Shown: piece by piece, positions 16,331 to 25,036 of the stretch
Layout: every line of letters starts with the position of its first letter
How positions within the stretch are numbered: the stretch's first letter is position 1
From: Steroidobacteraceae bacterium
Lineage (GTDB): Bacteria > Pseudomonadota > Gammaproteobacteria > Steroidobacterales > Steroidobacteraceae
Length of the DNA stretch: 35,075 bases
NCBI GenBank assembly: GCA_036270175.1
Contig: DATBCZ010000102.1
Location: 1-35,075, forward strand
Reading direction: 5' to 3'
Position numbers and translations under genes: made by a program
The notes under the pieces: model-generated
Seen by the model: only the letters and a program-made list of their open reading frames with translations
Databases searched by the model: none
Told to the model about the DNA's origin: nothing

Positions 16331-18634
16331 ATGGACTACCGGTTAGGACGGTCGTGGGTTCTCGTTGCCTCCTCGTTGCTGCCCCTGCTGGCTGCCACAG
16401 CCGCAGCGCCGCCACCCCCGGCGGGAACCACGATGTTTGGGTTCACCTCCGACGAGGCCGCCACCGAGCAGGCACTGGAGCATCGCTTCGACGCCGACCT
16501 CAATGCGTCCGATCTGCGGGGCTGGTTAAAAACGCTTTCATCCGAGCCGAACAACGTCGGCTCACCCCACGACAAGGCGAACGCCGAGGCGGTGCGGGAC
16601 CTGTTCAAGCAGTGGGGCTGGGACGCGCAGATTGAGACGTTCGAGGTTCTCTATCCCACCCTCAAGCAGCACACGCTGGAACTGGTGGGCCCCACCAAGT
16701 TCGTCGCCAGCCTGAAGGAGCCACCTGTCGCGGGTGACGAGAGCTCGGCGCGGACGGACGCCATGCCCGCTTACAACATCTACGGCGGCGATGGCGATGT
16801 GACCGGAGATCTCGTCTATCTCAACTACGGCATGCCGGATGACTACAAGGACCTCGCTCGCCGCGGCATCGATGTCAAAGGGAAAATCGTCATCACCCGC
16901 TACGGCGGCGGCTGGCGCGGACTGAAGCCCAAGCTCGCGCAGGAGCATGGCGCGCTCGGCTGCATCATTTACTCGGATCCGCAGAATGACGGCTATGGGC
17001 CTGGCGACGTCTACCCGAAGGGCGGCTTTCGTCCGGCTGAGGGTCTGCAGCGCGGCTCCGTGCAGGACATGACGCTGTACTCCGGTGATCCTTTGACACC
17101 CGGGGTGGGTGCGACCAAGAACGCCAAGCGGCTACCGCTCGACAAGGCGAAAACGATTCTGAAGATTCCGGTTCTGCCCATTTCCTATGCAGATGCGCAG
17201 CCTCTGCTCGCCGCTCTCGACGGCCCCGTGGTTCCCGCGAGCTGGCGTGGCTCGTTGCCCATCACCTATCACTTCGGTCCCGGGCCCGCCAAGGTGCACC
17301 TGGCGATCAGCTCCGACTGGGGCATGAAAACGCTGTACGACGTCATCGCCAGGATTCCGGGCGCGCAAAGTCCGGACCAGTGGATCGTGCGCGGCAATCA
17401 TCGCGACGGGTGGGTGTTCGGTGCCTGGGATCCGCTGTCGGGACACGTGGCGATGCTGGCCGAAGCGAAGGCAATCGGCGCGTTGCTGAAGAGCGGTTGG
17501 AAGCCGAAACGTACACTGGTCTACGCCAGTTGGGACGGCGAGGAGCCCGGCCTGCTGGGCTCGACCGAGTGGGCGGAAACGCACGCCGATGAGCTCCAGC
17601 GTAAGGCCGTCCTGTATCTCAACTCCGATGAGAACTCGCGTGGCTTCCTGGGGGCCGGCGGCAGCCATTCGCTGCAGCATCTGCTCAACGACGCGAGCGC
17701 TACGGTGAAAGATCCGGAAACCGGAGTGAGTGTGGCCGCACGGTTGCGGGCGAGGATGTTGGTCGACGGTTATGGCGCCGCGGGTGAAGCCAGGAAAGAT
17801 GCGCGGATCGCCGCATCGGGCGCCGACCTTCCCATCGAGGCGCTCGGCTCGGGATCGGACTTCACCCCCTTCATGCAGCACCTCGGGATCACCTCGCTCA
17901 ACATCGAATACGGCGGCGAAAGTGATCAGAGCGGTGTCTACCATTCCAGCTACGACACATTCGAGCACTACGTTCGCTTCGGCGATCCGCAGTTTGCGTA
18001 TGGAGTCGCCGAGGCGCAGACCGCCGGCCACATCGTTCTGCGAGTGGCCGACGCGGAAGTGTTGCCGCTCCAGTTCACCGGGTTCGCCGAGACCGTCGAG
18101 GGCTATGTCGAGGAATTGCACAAGCTCACCGACGACAAGCGCAAGAGCGCCGAGGAGTTGGGCAAGCTTCTCGACCAGAATGCCTTTACTCTGGCGGCGG
18201 ATCCCACCCGGGTCGTGTTGCCTCCCGCGCGTGAGCCCGCGGTTCCCTACCTGAATTTCGCGGCGCTCGACAACATCGTGTTGCAGCTGAAAACGAGCGC
18301 CAAAGCCTACGATGCCGTGTACGCGAAGCTCGAGGCGGGTGAAGTGAAGCTGACGGCGGCGCAGATCGATGAGTTGAATGGCCTGCTGCAGGGAATGGAG
18401 CAGACGCTGACCGCGGCGCGCGGCCTGCCAGGCCGCGATTGGTTCAAACATCTGATCTATGCGCCGGGCATGCTGACGGGGTATGGGGTAAAGACCCTGC
18501 CTGGTGTGCGCGAGTCGATCGAGTCGAACCAATGGGCCGTTGCGAACGAGTACTCCGCCGTGACGGCGTCGGCGCTGACCGCCTATTGCGTCCGGCTCGA
18601 TCGGGCCACTGCCGTTCTCAAGAAAGGACTCTGA
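16331..18634 (+). CDS. M28-family metallopeptidase with PA and transferrin-receptor-like dimerisation domains (glutamate carboxypeptidase II / NAALADase-like)
   Basis: Signal peptide. GKIVITRYGGGWRGLKPKLAQEHGALGCIIYSDP and WDGEEPGLLGSTEWAE closely parallel the GCPII PA-domain and zinc-site motifs as I remember them. The C-terminal helical region ends in ...RDWFKHLIYAPG.... Confidence 0.9.
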   Translation: MDYRLGRSWVLVASSLLPLLAATAAAPPPPAGTTMFGFTSDEAATEQALEHRFDADLNASDLRGWLKTLSSEPNNVGSPHDKANAEAVRDLFKQWGWDAQIETFEVLYPTLKQHTLELVGPTKFVASLKEPPVAGDESSARTDAMPAYNIYGGDGDVTGDLVYLNYGMPDDYKDLARRGIDVKGKIVITRYGGGWRGLKPKLAQEHGALGCIIYSDPQNDGYGPGDVYPKGGFRPAEGLQRGSVQDMTLYSGDPLTPGVGATKNAKRLPLDKAKTILKIPVLPISYADAQPLLAALDGPVVPASWRGSLPITYHFGPGPAKVHLAISSDWGMKTLYDVIARIPGAQSPDQWIVRGNHRDGWVFGAWDPLSGHVAMLAEAKAIGALLKSGWKPKRTLVYASWDGEEPGLLGSTEWAETHADELQRKAVLYLNSDENSRGFLGAGGSHSLQHLLNDASATVKDPETGVSVAARLRARMLVDGYGAAGEARKDARIAASGADLPIEALGSGSDFTPFMQHLGITSLNIEYGGESDQSGVYHSSYDTFEHYVRFGDPQFAYGVAEAQTAGHIVLRVADAEVLPLQFTGFAETVEGYVEELHKLTDDKRKSAEELGKLLDQNAFTLAADPTRVVLPPAREPAVPYLNFAALDNIVLQLKTSAKAYDAVYAKLEAGEVKLTAAQIDELNGLLQGMEQTLTAARGLPGRDWFKHLIYAPGMLTGYGVKTLPGVRESIESNQWAVANEYSAVTASALTAYCVRLDRATAVLKKGL

Positions 18635-18637
18635 AGC

Positions 18638-19762
18638 ATGCGCGGCCGCTCGCTGCAATGCCTCGCCGCGGGGCTGGGTCTGTGGGTCTGTGCCTGTCTC
18701 GAGGGAGTTCACGCCACGGAGGTGGCGCCGATCCGGCACGTGTTCGTCCTGATGTTGGAGAACCAGAACGCCGCGGTGTCATTCTCGGGCCGGCCTCCCT
18801 CGCCGTATCTCGCGCAGACTTTGCCGGCACGCGGGGCGCTGTTGCCCAACTACTATGGCATTGGCCATGCCAGCCTGGACAACTACATCGCACTCATCAG
18901 CGGCCAGGCGCCGAATGAGAAAACGCAGCTCGACTGCCCGCTGTTTTCCGACTTCCTCCTGCAGCAGCCCGGGTTGGATGCTCATGGACAGTTGCTGGGC
19001 CTGGGCTGCGTCTACCCCAACACGGTGAAGACGTTACCGGATCAGCTGGAGGCGGCGGGACATACGTGGAAGGGTTACATGGAGGACATGGGCAAGGACC
19101 CGCGGCGGGAGCGCGCCACCTGCGGGCATCCGGCTATCGGCAAGCCGGACGAGACACTGATTGCGACCGCCAGGGACAAGTACGCGGCCAAACACAACCC
19201 GTTCGTCTACTTCCATACCATCATCGACGACCCGGCCCGTTGCGATACGCACGTCGTCAATCTCGATGCGTTGCCGAAGGATCTGCAGAGCGCGGCTACG
19301 ACAGCTGACTACACCTTCATCACGCCGAATCTGTGCAACGACGGTCATGATCCGCTGTGCATTGATGGCGCTGCGGGAGGGTTCCAGGCGATCGACGCTT
19401 TTCTGCGCAAATGGGTGCCCCTCATCACCACATCGCCCGCATTCAAACGGGACGGCCTGCTCATCGTGACCTTTGACGAGTCGGAGGGTAACGGGCCCGA
19501 GGGGTCCACGGCGTGTTGTGGTGAGATGCCCCTGGCGAGCGCGCGGCGGCCCGCCGGCGTTCTCGGCCCGGGCGGTGGCAGGATCGGGGCGGTGCTGCTG
19601 TCACCGTTTATCAAGCCGGGGACGATCTCCACCGTGCCGTACAATCACTATTCGCTGCTACGGACAGTCGAGGATATTTTCGGACTCGGGCACCTCGGTT
19701 ATGCCGCCGAGCCGGACCTGAAGTCGCTCGGCGCGGATGTGTTCACGCAGTCGGCGTACTAG
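18638..19762 (+). CDS. Phosphoesterase-family protein (AcpA-like acid phosphatase / non-haemolytic phospholipase C family)
   Basis: It starts 3 nt after the peptidase stop and has a signal peptide. HVFVLMLENQN, ITPNLCNDGHD and LLIVTFDES motifs are typical of the PF04185-type phosphoesterase family. Confidence 0.8.
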   Translation: MRGRSLQCLAAGLGLWVCACLEGVHATEVAPIRHVFVLMLENQNAAVSFSGRPPSPYLAQTLPARGALLPNYYGIGHASLDNYIALISGQAPNEKTQLDCPLFSDFLLQQPGLDAHGQLLGLGCVYPNTVKTLPDQLEAAGHTWKGYMEDMGKDPRRERATCGHPAIGKPDETLIATARDKYAAKHNPFVYFHTIIDDPARCDTHVVNLDALPKDLQSAATTADYTFITPNLCNDGHDPLCIDGAAGGFQAIDAFLRKWVPLITTSPAFKRDGLLIVTFDESEGNGPEGSTACCGEMPLASARRPAGVLGPGGGRIGAVLLSPFIKPGTISTVPYNHYSLLRTVEDIFGLGHLGYAAEPDLKSLGADVFTQSAY

Positions 19763-21098
19763 CATCCGCCACCGGCGCGGGAGCCACCACGGCTGAGCGA
19801 TTCACCGCCAGGCGTAACAGCGTGACCGCTACCGCGCAGACGAGTGTTGGAATGATCGCCAACCAGAACAGGTGTCCGAGGGGAATGCCCGCCGCCATCA
19901 GGGAGCCGGCTGCGAACGGACCCACTATGGCGCCGAATCTCCCCACGCCCAGCGCCCAGCCGACGCCGGTGGCGCGCGCGGCTGTTGGATATAACGTCGC
20001 GGACACGGCGTTGAGCGCGACCTGCCCGCCGTTGATGCCATTGCCGGTAATCAGAATCAGCACCACGAGCAGTGCCGGCGTAGTGATGTGTGTACCGAGA
20101 AACGCCAGGGCACCGGCAGTCAACGTGTAGCTGACGGCGAGCACCAGGAACGGTCCCCAGCGCTGCATGAGCCATGCGAGTCCGAAGCCGCCCACCACGC
20201 CGCCGATCTGGAACATGGCGGCGATCCGCAAGGCCTGTGGCAGCGGCAGGCCTCCCTGGTTCAGCAACGTCGATAGCCAGGTGGACATCAGATAGAGCAG
20301 GCCGAGGTTGAGAAAGAACACCAACCAGAGGAGCAGTGTCGCCGGCGCCAGTCGTGGCGTCAGCAGGTAGGCGACCGACAATTTTCCGGAGCTTTTTTCG
20401 GACAGCGTGTACTCGTTGCCGGGCGTGTAGCAATGGCTGGTGTTCAGCCGCTCGAGCAGGCGGCCAATCCGCTCCGGGTCGCGCCCGCGCGCGGTCATGA
20501 AGCGCAGTGACTCAGGCAAGGCAAACAAGGGGAGCCAGGCGAGGAGCGCGATGCATCCGCCCGTGACGAACAGCGCGTGCCAGCCGCCCAACTCCAGAAT
20601 AGGCGGTGCTACCAGGCCTGACGTGGCGGATCCCAGGGAAATTCCGCAGGCGAGCAGCGCCACCAGCGCGGTCCGGCTTTTCGCCGGGGCATACTCGGCT
20701 CCGAGTGCCAGTGCGTTGGGAAGGCTCGCCCCAAGGCCGATACCGGTCAGAAGGCGCCACGCGAAGAGCTCGTTCGGTGTGCTGGCCGTAGATCCCAGCA
20801 GGGTAGAGATGCCAACGACCGCGAACGAAGTCAGCAAGACCGCGCGCCGCCCGACGTAGTCTCCGAGCGGACTCACGATGAGCGCGGATGCCGCGATTCC
20901 AATCACTGCCGCAGTGACGATCCAGCGTAGCTCTCCCGGATTCACGTGCCAGGCTGCCGCGATGCTGGGGGTGGCGGAGGCCATGACGGCCACGTCATAG
21001 CCGTCCAGGAATGCGGCCAGCCCGCAAAGAATCAGCACTCGCCAGTGCAGGGGACTGAGCCGGGATCCGTCCATGAGTTGTTCGATGTCGAATCGCAT
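19743..21098 (-). CDS. MFS transporter, aromatic acid:H+ symporter (AAHS; PcaK/MhpT-like) type
   Basis: 451 aa and 12 predicted TM segments. It has an AAHS-like N-terminus (LSPLHWRVLILCGLAAFLDGYDVAVMASATPSIAAAW) and the loop 2-3 motif GDYVGRR. Its 3' end overlaps the convergent phosphoesterase gene by 20 nt. Confidence 0.8.
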   Translation of the reverse strand: MRFDIEQLMDGSRLSPLHWRVLILCGLAAFLDGYDVAVMASATPSIAAAWHVNPGELRWIVTAAVIGIAASALIVSPLGDYVGRRAVLLTSFAVVGISTLLGSTASTPNELFAWRLLTGIGLGASLPNALALGAEYAPAKSRTALVALLACGISLGSATSGLVAPPILELGGWHALFVTGGCIALLAWLPLFALPESLRFMTARGRDPERIGRLLERLNTSHCYTPGNEYTLSEKSSGKLSVAYLLTPRLAPATLLLWLVFFLNLGLLYLMSTWLSTLLNQGGLPLPQALRIAAMFQIGGVVGGFGLAWLMQRWGPFLVLAVSYTLTAGALAFLGTHITTPALLVVLILITGNGINGGQVALNAVSATLYPTAARATGVGWALGVGRFGAIVGPFAAGSLMAAGIPLGHLFWLAIIPTLVCAVAVTLLRLAVNRSAVVAPAPVADASTPTA

Positions 21099-21189
21099 GC
21101 GCCGCCGTCCGCTAAGAGGGAATGCTGCACCGCAAGGGTGCGCTCAACGGGAAATTATTCACGATCCTAAGGCCCCCCGGCTTTAGTTC

Positions 21190-21217
21190 TTGACAATCAG
21201 GCCATTCGGCGGAGAAT
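21190..21217 (+). promoter_or_regulatory. Sigma-70-type promoter for the marR-OMF-MFP operon
   Basis: TTGACA (21190-21195), 16 nt, GAGAAT (21212-21217), about 40 nt upstream of ATG 21257. Confidence 0.4.
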
Positions 21218-21252
21218 TAGTTGCCCAGGCAGTAGTCGTGCAGGCAGTAATT
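21215..21252. promoter_or_regulatory. Repeat-rich operator-like region (9-mer direct repeat inside an imperfect inverted repeat)
   Basis: CAGGCAGTA occurs at 21226-21234 and again at 21241-21249. These are flanked by AATTAGTTGCC (21215-21225) and GGCAGTAATT (21243-21252), which are near reverse complements. The region sits between the -10 and the marR start. Confidence 0.35.
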
Positions 21253-21256
21253 CTAC

Positions 21257-21739
21257 ATGAATCATGGCACAGCAGCGGAAGTCGTTCGTGTGACTCCGGA
21301 TGGGATTCCCGAGGACGAGATGGTGGTCGGCCACCTCATTGGTCGCGCGCGATCGGCACTGCTCACCGGACTCGACGGCGAGCTCGAGCCATTCGGCGTG
21401 ACGGGGGCGCAGTTTGCGGTTCTGAAGAATGTCGCGGATGGCGTTGCCGAGACTGCCGCCGACTTGTGCCGGACCATGCACTACGACACGGGATCGATGA
21501 CTCGAATGCTCGACCGGCTCGAAGAGAAGGCCGTGCTGCGCCGTGAGCGTTGTACCCAGGATCGTCGCGTGGTGTACCTGCGGATTACCGACACGGGCAA
21601 CGAGTTGTTGCCGCAATTGCGCGCTGCCGCGGTTCACGTGCTCTCGCGCCACCTGGCCGGATTCAGTCCCGAGGAAGTCGAGAAACTCAAACAATACCTG
21701 GTCCGGATGATCCACAACGGGCAACCGGTGAGTTCATGA
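21257..21739 (+). CDS. MarR-family transcriptional regulator (EmrR-like position)
   Basis: 160 aa with a wHTH core (GVTGAQFAVLKNVADGVAETAADLCRTMHYDTGSMTRMLDRLEEKAVLRRERCTQDRRVVYLRITDTGNE). The alternative start is ATG 21320, which has a better SD (GAGGAcgag). Its stop overlaps the next start (ATGA). Confidence 0.85.
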   Translation: MNHGTAAEVVRVTPDGIPEDEMVVGHLIGRARSALLTGLDGELEPFGVTGAQFAVLKNVADGVAETAADLCRTMHYDTGSMTRMLDRLEEKAVLRRERCTQDRRVVYLRITDTGNELLPQLRAAAVHVLSRHLAGFSPEEVEKLKQYLVRMIHNGQPVSS

Positions 21740-23166
21740 AAACCTCCATTCCACTGTCCGTCGCGCTGGGCGCGATGTTATACGCCGTCCTGGCGGGGTG
21801 TGTCTCGCGCGGTGACTGGCATGCGACACCCGCGATTGCACCACAGAATCTCATCGCCAACCGCACGCTCGCCAACGCAACGGTCGTTGCCGAGGCATGG
21901 CCTACCGACGCCTGGTGGACCGGTTACGGTGATCCGCAGCTCGATGCGCTGATCGCCGAGTCTTTCGAGGGCAGTCCGTCTCTCGAGATCGCGCAGGCTC
22001 GTCTGCGCTCGGCTCAATCACAGGCGACCCGGGCGAAGGCGGCGCGCGAGCCCACCACGACGGTGGACGCCCAGGTGACCAAGCAACGTTTCCCCGAGAA
22101 CGGCTTGTACCCGCCGCCATATGCGGGAAGCTTCGTGACCCAGGGGCAGCTCGCGCTGGACTTCAGCTACGAGATCGACTTCTGGGGCCGCAATCGCGAG
22201 GCGCTGGCCTCCGCACGCGCTACCGTGCAGGCCGCCGAAGCCGACAAAGCCGCTGCGCGGCTCGCGCTCGCCGTTGCCGTGGCAAGGGCTTATTTTCAAC
22301 TCAACCTGTCGTATGCCTTTCTGGATGTCACGCAGTCCAATCTCGCGCAGCAGTTGTCCATTCTCGATCTGACCCGGCAACGGGTGGCCGCGGGGCTCGA
22401 GAACACTGCCCGCGTAAAACAGTCGGAAGGGCAGGTGGCCCTGGTCCGCGCCAGTGTTGACGCAACCCAGGCGAACATCGACACGTCACGTAACGCAATA
22501 GCCGCGCTCGTGGGTGTGGGTCCGGACCGCGGACTCGACCTGCAACGTCCGCGCCTCACCGCGCCTGCCAACATCGTGCTGCCGTCGACCTTGCCGGTGG
22601 ACCTCCTCGGTCGGCGCCCTGATGTGACCGCCGCCCGGTGGCGTGTTGAAGCGGCAGCGCGCGGCGTGGCGGCCAGCGAGGCAGCCTTCTATCCAAACGT
22701 GAACCTCGTCGCTTTCGCCGGCCTACAGGCCGTGGGCCTGTCGAAACTCTTCGACGCGAATGACGCCGTCGTCGGCGGTGGTCCCGCGTTCAGCCTGCCG
22801 GTATTCAATCGCGGCGAGTTGCGCGGTGCCCTGGAGGCCCAGCAGGCGCAATACGATCTCTCCGTCGGGCAGTACAACCAGAGTCTGATCGACGCCATCC
22901 ATGATGTGGCGGATGTCATGACGAACTGGGCGGCGATCGACAAGGTGACCGCGGACGCCCGGGTCGCACTCGAGGCAGCGCAAAACTCCTACGATCTCAC
23001 GCGTGAGCGCTACAGCGCAGGCCTCGATAATTACCTCAGCGTGCTGTCGGCCGAGAACCAGGTGTTTCTGGCGCAGGCATTGATCGCGGAAGTTCAGTCG
23101 CGCCGTCTCACGACCAGTACTGATCTCATCCGAGCGTTGGGTGGCGGTTACAAGAGCACGAACTAG
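21736..23166 (+). CDS. Efflux transporter outer-membrane factor lipoprotein (NodT/OprM family)
   Basis: ORF 21550..23166 trimmed to ATG 21736, which gives the lipobox signal MKTSIPLSVALGAMLYAVLAGC. The protein shows the typical two-repeat OMF architecture (WWTGYGDPQLDALI, FWGRNREAL, AFYPNVNL, YLSVLSAENQ..., LIRALGGGY). Confidence 0.9.
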   Translation: MKTSIPLSVALGAMLYAVLAGCVSRGDWHATPAIAPQNLIANRTLANATVVAEAWPTDAWWTGYGDPQLDALIAESFEGSPSLEIAQARLRSAQSQATRAKAAREPTTTVDAQVTKQRFPENGLYPPPYAGSFVTQGQLALDFSYEIDFWGRNREALASARATVQAAEADKAAARLALAVAVARAYFQLNLSYAFLDVTQSNLAQQLSILDLTRQRVAAGLENTARVKQSEGQVALVRASVDATQANIDTSRNAIAALVGVGPDRGLDLQRPRLTAPANIVLPSTLPVDLLGRRPDVTAARWRVEAAARGVAASEAAFYPNVNLVAFAGLQAVGLSKLFDANDAVVGGGPAFSLPVFNRGELRGALEAQQAQYDLSVGQYNQSLIDAIHDVADVMTNWAAIDKVTADARVALEAAQNSYDLTRERYSAGLDNYLSVLSAENQVFLAQALIAEVQSRRLTTSTDLIRALGGGYKSTN

Positions 23167-23167
23167 T

Positions 23168-24424
23168 ATGGACGCAAGTGTCGCTTCTTCCTCACCGGCG
23201 CAGGTGATGCAGCGCCGCCGTACCCGTTGGCTACTCATCGCGGTGGCGGGATTCGTGATCGTCGGCGTCGGCGCGACGGCCTACTGGTGGCTGTACGCCC
23301 GCAATTACGAGGACACCGACGATTCGTACGTCGCCGGCGACATGGTCAACGTCAGCTCGCAGATCAGTGGCACGGTCGTGTCCATTGACGCGGACGAGAC
23401 CGACTATGTTCAGGTGGGACAAGAGCTCGTGAGGCTCGACGATACGGACGCGCGCATTGCCCTGCAGGAGGCGGAGGATCAACTCGCCAAGGCGGTCAGG
23501 CAGGTCCACACCGTGTTTACCAGCCGCGACGAGTTGAGCGCGGTTCTCGCCCAGAGACGCGCCGACCTCAATCGGGCGCGATCGGACCTCGATCGGCGCG
23601 AGAGCCTCGGCAAGTCGGGTGCGGTTTCCGCCGAGGAAATTTCGCACGCCCAGGAAGCCGTGAACGAGGCTCAACAGGCGTTGATTGCGGCGGAGAAGAA
23701 TCTAGCGGGTGGCACGGCGCTGCTCGGCAGGACCGGGGTATCCGATAACCCCGATGTGCAGACTGCCGCGACCGCAGTGGAGCGTGCCTGGCTGGCGTTG
23801 CGACGGACGAGCATTCACGCGCCGGTTTCCGGTTATATCGCCAAACGACCCGCGCAGCTCGGCGAGCGCACGGTCTCGGGCAACCCCTTGCTGTCGATCG
23901 TGCCGCTCGAGCGCATGCGCGTCGAAGCCAACTTCAAGGAGGTTCAGCTCACTCGCATGCGGATCGGACAGCCGGTGAAAATCGTAGCCGACCTCTACGG
24001 CGGCCACGTCGAGTATCGGGGCACCATCGCCGGCCTCGGTCTAGGTACCGGCGCGGCGTTCGCGCTGTTGCCAGCGCAAAATGCCACCGGCAATTGGATC
24101 AAGGTCGTACAGCGCGTGCCGGTGCGCATCGCCCTCGACCCCCAGCAGGTCGCCGCGCATCCGTTACGCATCGGCCTGTCGACACACGCGATCGTGGACG
24201 TGCGCGACGCTTCGGGTTCGCAACTCGCGCAGGCGCCCCGCAAGGAGCCGGTACTAAACACGGACATCTACGCCATCGACATGAGTGAGATCGGCGCGCG
24301 CATCGCGCAGATCGTCGCGGATAACGCTCCGGCGGAGGCCGAGCCGGGCGCGCCCAAAGTCGGTCATGCCGGGCCCAAGGTCTCCCCGGTCGCTACGCGC
24401 CTGACTTCCAACGGCAGCCGGTGA
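23168..24424 (+). CDS. HlyD-family periplasmic adaptor (EmrA-like membrane fusion protein)
   Basis: ORF trimmed to ATG 23168, 1 nt after the OMF stop. It has an N-terminal TM segment (WLLIAVAGFVIVGVGATAYWW). The EmrA-like motifs are EDTDDSYVAGDMVNVSSQISGTVVSI..., a coiled-coil hairpin, IHAPVSGYIAKR, and NATGNWIKVVQRVPVRI. Confidence 0.9.
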   Translation: MDASVASSSPAQVMQRRRTRWLLIAVAGFVIVGVGATAYWWLYARNYEDTDDSYVAGDMVNVSSQISGTVVSIDADETDYVQVGQELVRLDDTDARIALQEAEDQLAKAVRQVHTVFTSRDELSAVLAQRRADLNRARSDLDRRESLGKSGAVSAEEISHAQEAVNEAQQALIAAEKNLAGGTALLGRTGVSDNPDVQTAATAVERAWLALRRTSIHAPVSGYIAKRPAQLGERTVSGNPLLSIVPLERMRVEANFKEVQLTRMRIGQPVKIVADLYGGHVEYRGTIAGLGLGTGAAFALLPAQNATGNWIKVVQRVPVRIALDPQQVAAHPLRIGLSTHAIVDVRDASGSQLAQAPRKEPVLNTDIYAIDMSEIGARIAQIVADNAPAEAEPGAPKVGHAGPKVSPVATRLTSNGSR

Positions 24425-24510
24425 ACAGTCTCGTCGGCTGACCAAGACAACACGAAGTTGGTTCTGTCAGCGGCCGCGGGGGAGGTCAGGTTGGGTGGAC
24501 GGGCGGCGCC

Positions 24511-24540
24511 CTGGGTGAGGCGCCCCCGGCTACGCGCCCC
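24511..24540. repeat. GC-rich REP-like element, single copy (related to 27048-27094)
   Basis: ctgggtgaggcgcccccggctacgcgcccc matches ccgggctaggcgcccccgcctacgcggccc (27050-27079) at 25 of 30 positions by hand alignment. It overlaps the last 3 codons and the stop of the Lrp-family gene. Confidence 0.45.
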
Positions 24541-25006
24541 CATCCAGCTTCATATAGCCCAGGGGCAGGGCAGTCGTGTACTTGATGGTCTCGAGCGCGA
24601 AACTCGCGCTCACATCGAGAAATTCCACCGCCGAGATGAGCCGCTTGTAGACGACGTCATACGCATCGATGTCGGGGACTACGATGCGCATGAGGTAATC
24701 GACGTCGCCGCTCATCCGGTGGATCTCGGTGACCTCCGGGATGTCGTGCACGGCACCCACGAATTTATCGAACCACGCCTGGTTGTGTTTCGCCGTCTTC
24801 AGCATCACGAACACGGTGGTGCCGACGTTCAGTGTGCGCGCATCGAGCAGGGCGACGGTCCGCTTGATGACGCCTTCCTCCTGCAGCTTCTTGATTCGCC
24901 GCCAGCAGGGCGCCTTGGAGAGGCCAACGCGATCCGCGACATCCGCCGCCGTGAGCTCGCCGTTCTGCTGCAGCAGCTCCAAAATCTTGCGATCAAGCTT
25001 ATCCAT
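24530..25006 (-). CDS. Lrp/AsnC-family transcriptional regulator
   Basis: ORF 24530..25312 trimmed to ATG 25006. MDKLDRKILELLQQNGELTAADVADRVGLSKAPCWRRIKKLQEEGVIKRTVALLD... is followed by the RAM/ACT-like domain (VFVMLKT..., VTEIHRMSGDVDYLMRIVVPDIDAYD). Confidence 0.9.
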   Translation of the reverse strand: MDKLDRKILELLQQNGELTAADVADRVGLSKAPCWRRIKKLQEEGVIKRTVALLDARTLNVGTTVFVMLKTAKHNQAWFDKFVGAVHDIPEVTEIHRMSGDVDYLMRIVVPDIDAYDVVYKRLISAVEFLDVSASFALETIKYTTALPLGYMKLDGGA

Positions 25007-25036
25007 GGAACGGTGTTCTCCCGGCACGGCCTCAGA

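Noticed and set aside
17132-18739. 535-aa ORF antisense to the M28 peptidase gene. Similar long antisense or off-frame ORFs include 8968..9945(-), 8137..8940(-), 13030..13974(-), 10027..10860(-), 14771..15520(-), 28498..29172(-), 31725..32354(+), 32544..33392(+), 21197..21724(-), 6000..6620(-).
   Set aside because: These are shadow ORFs typical of GC-rich DNA, because stop codons are rare opposite GC3-biased genes. Their translations are Arg/Ala/Gly/Pro-rich with no recognisable domains. Each is fully covered by a gene with strong family-level similarity on the other strand or frame.
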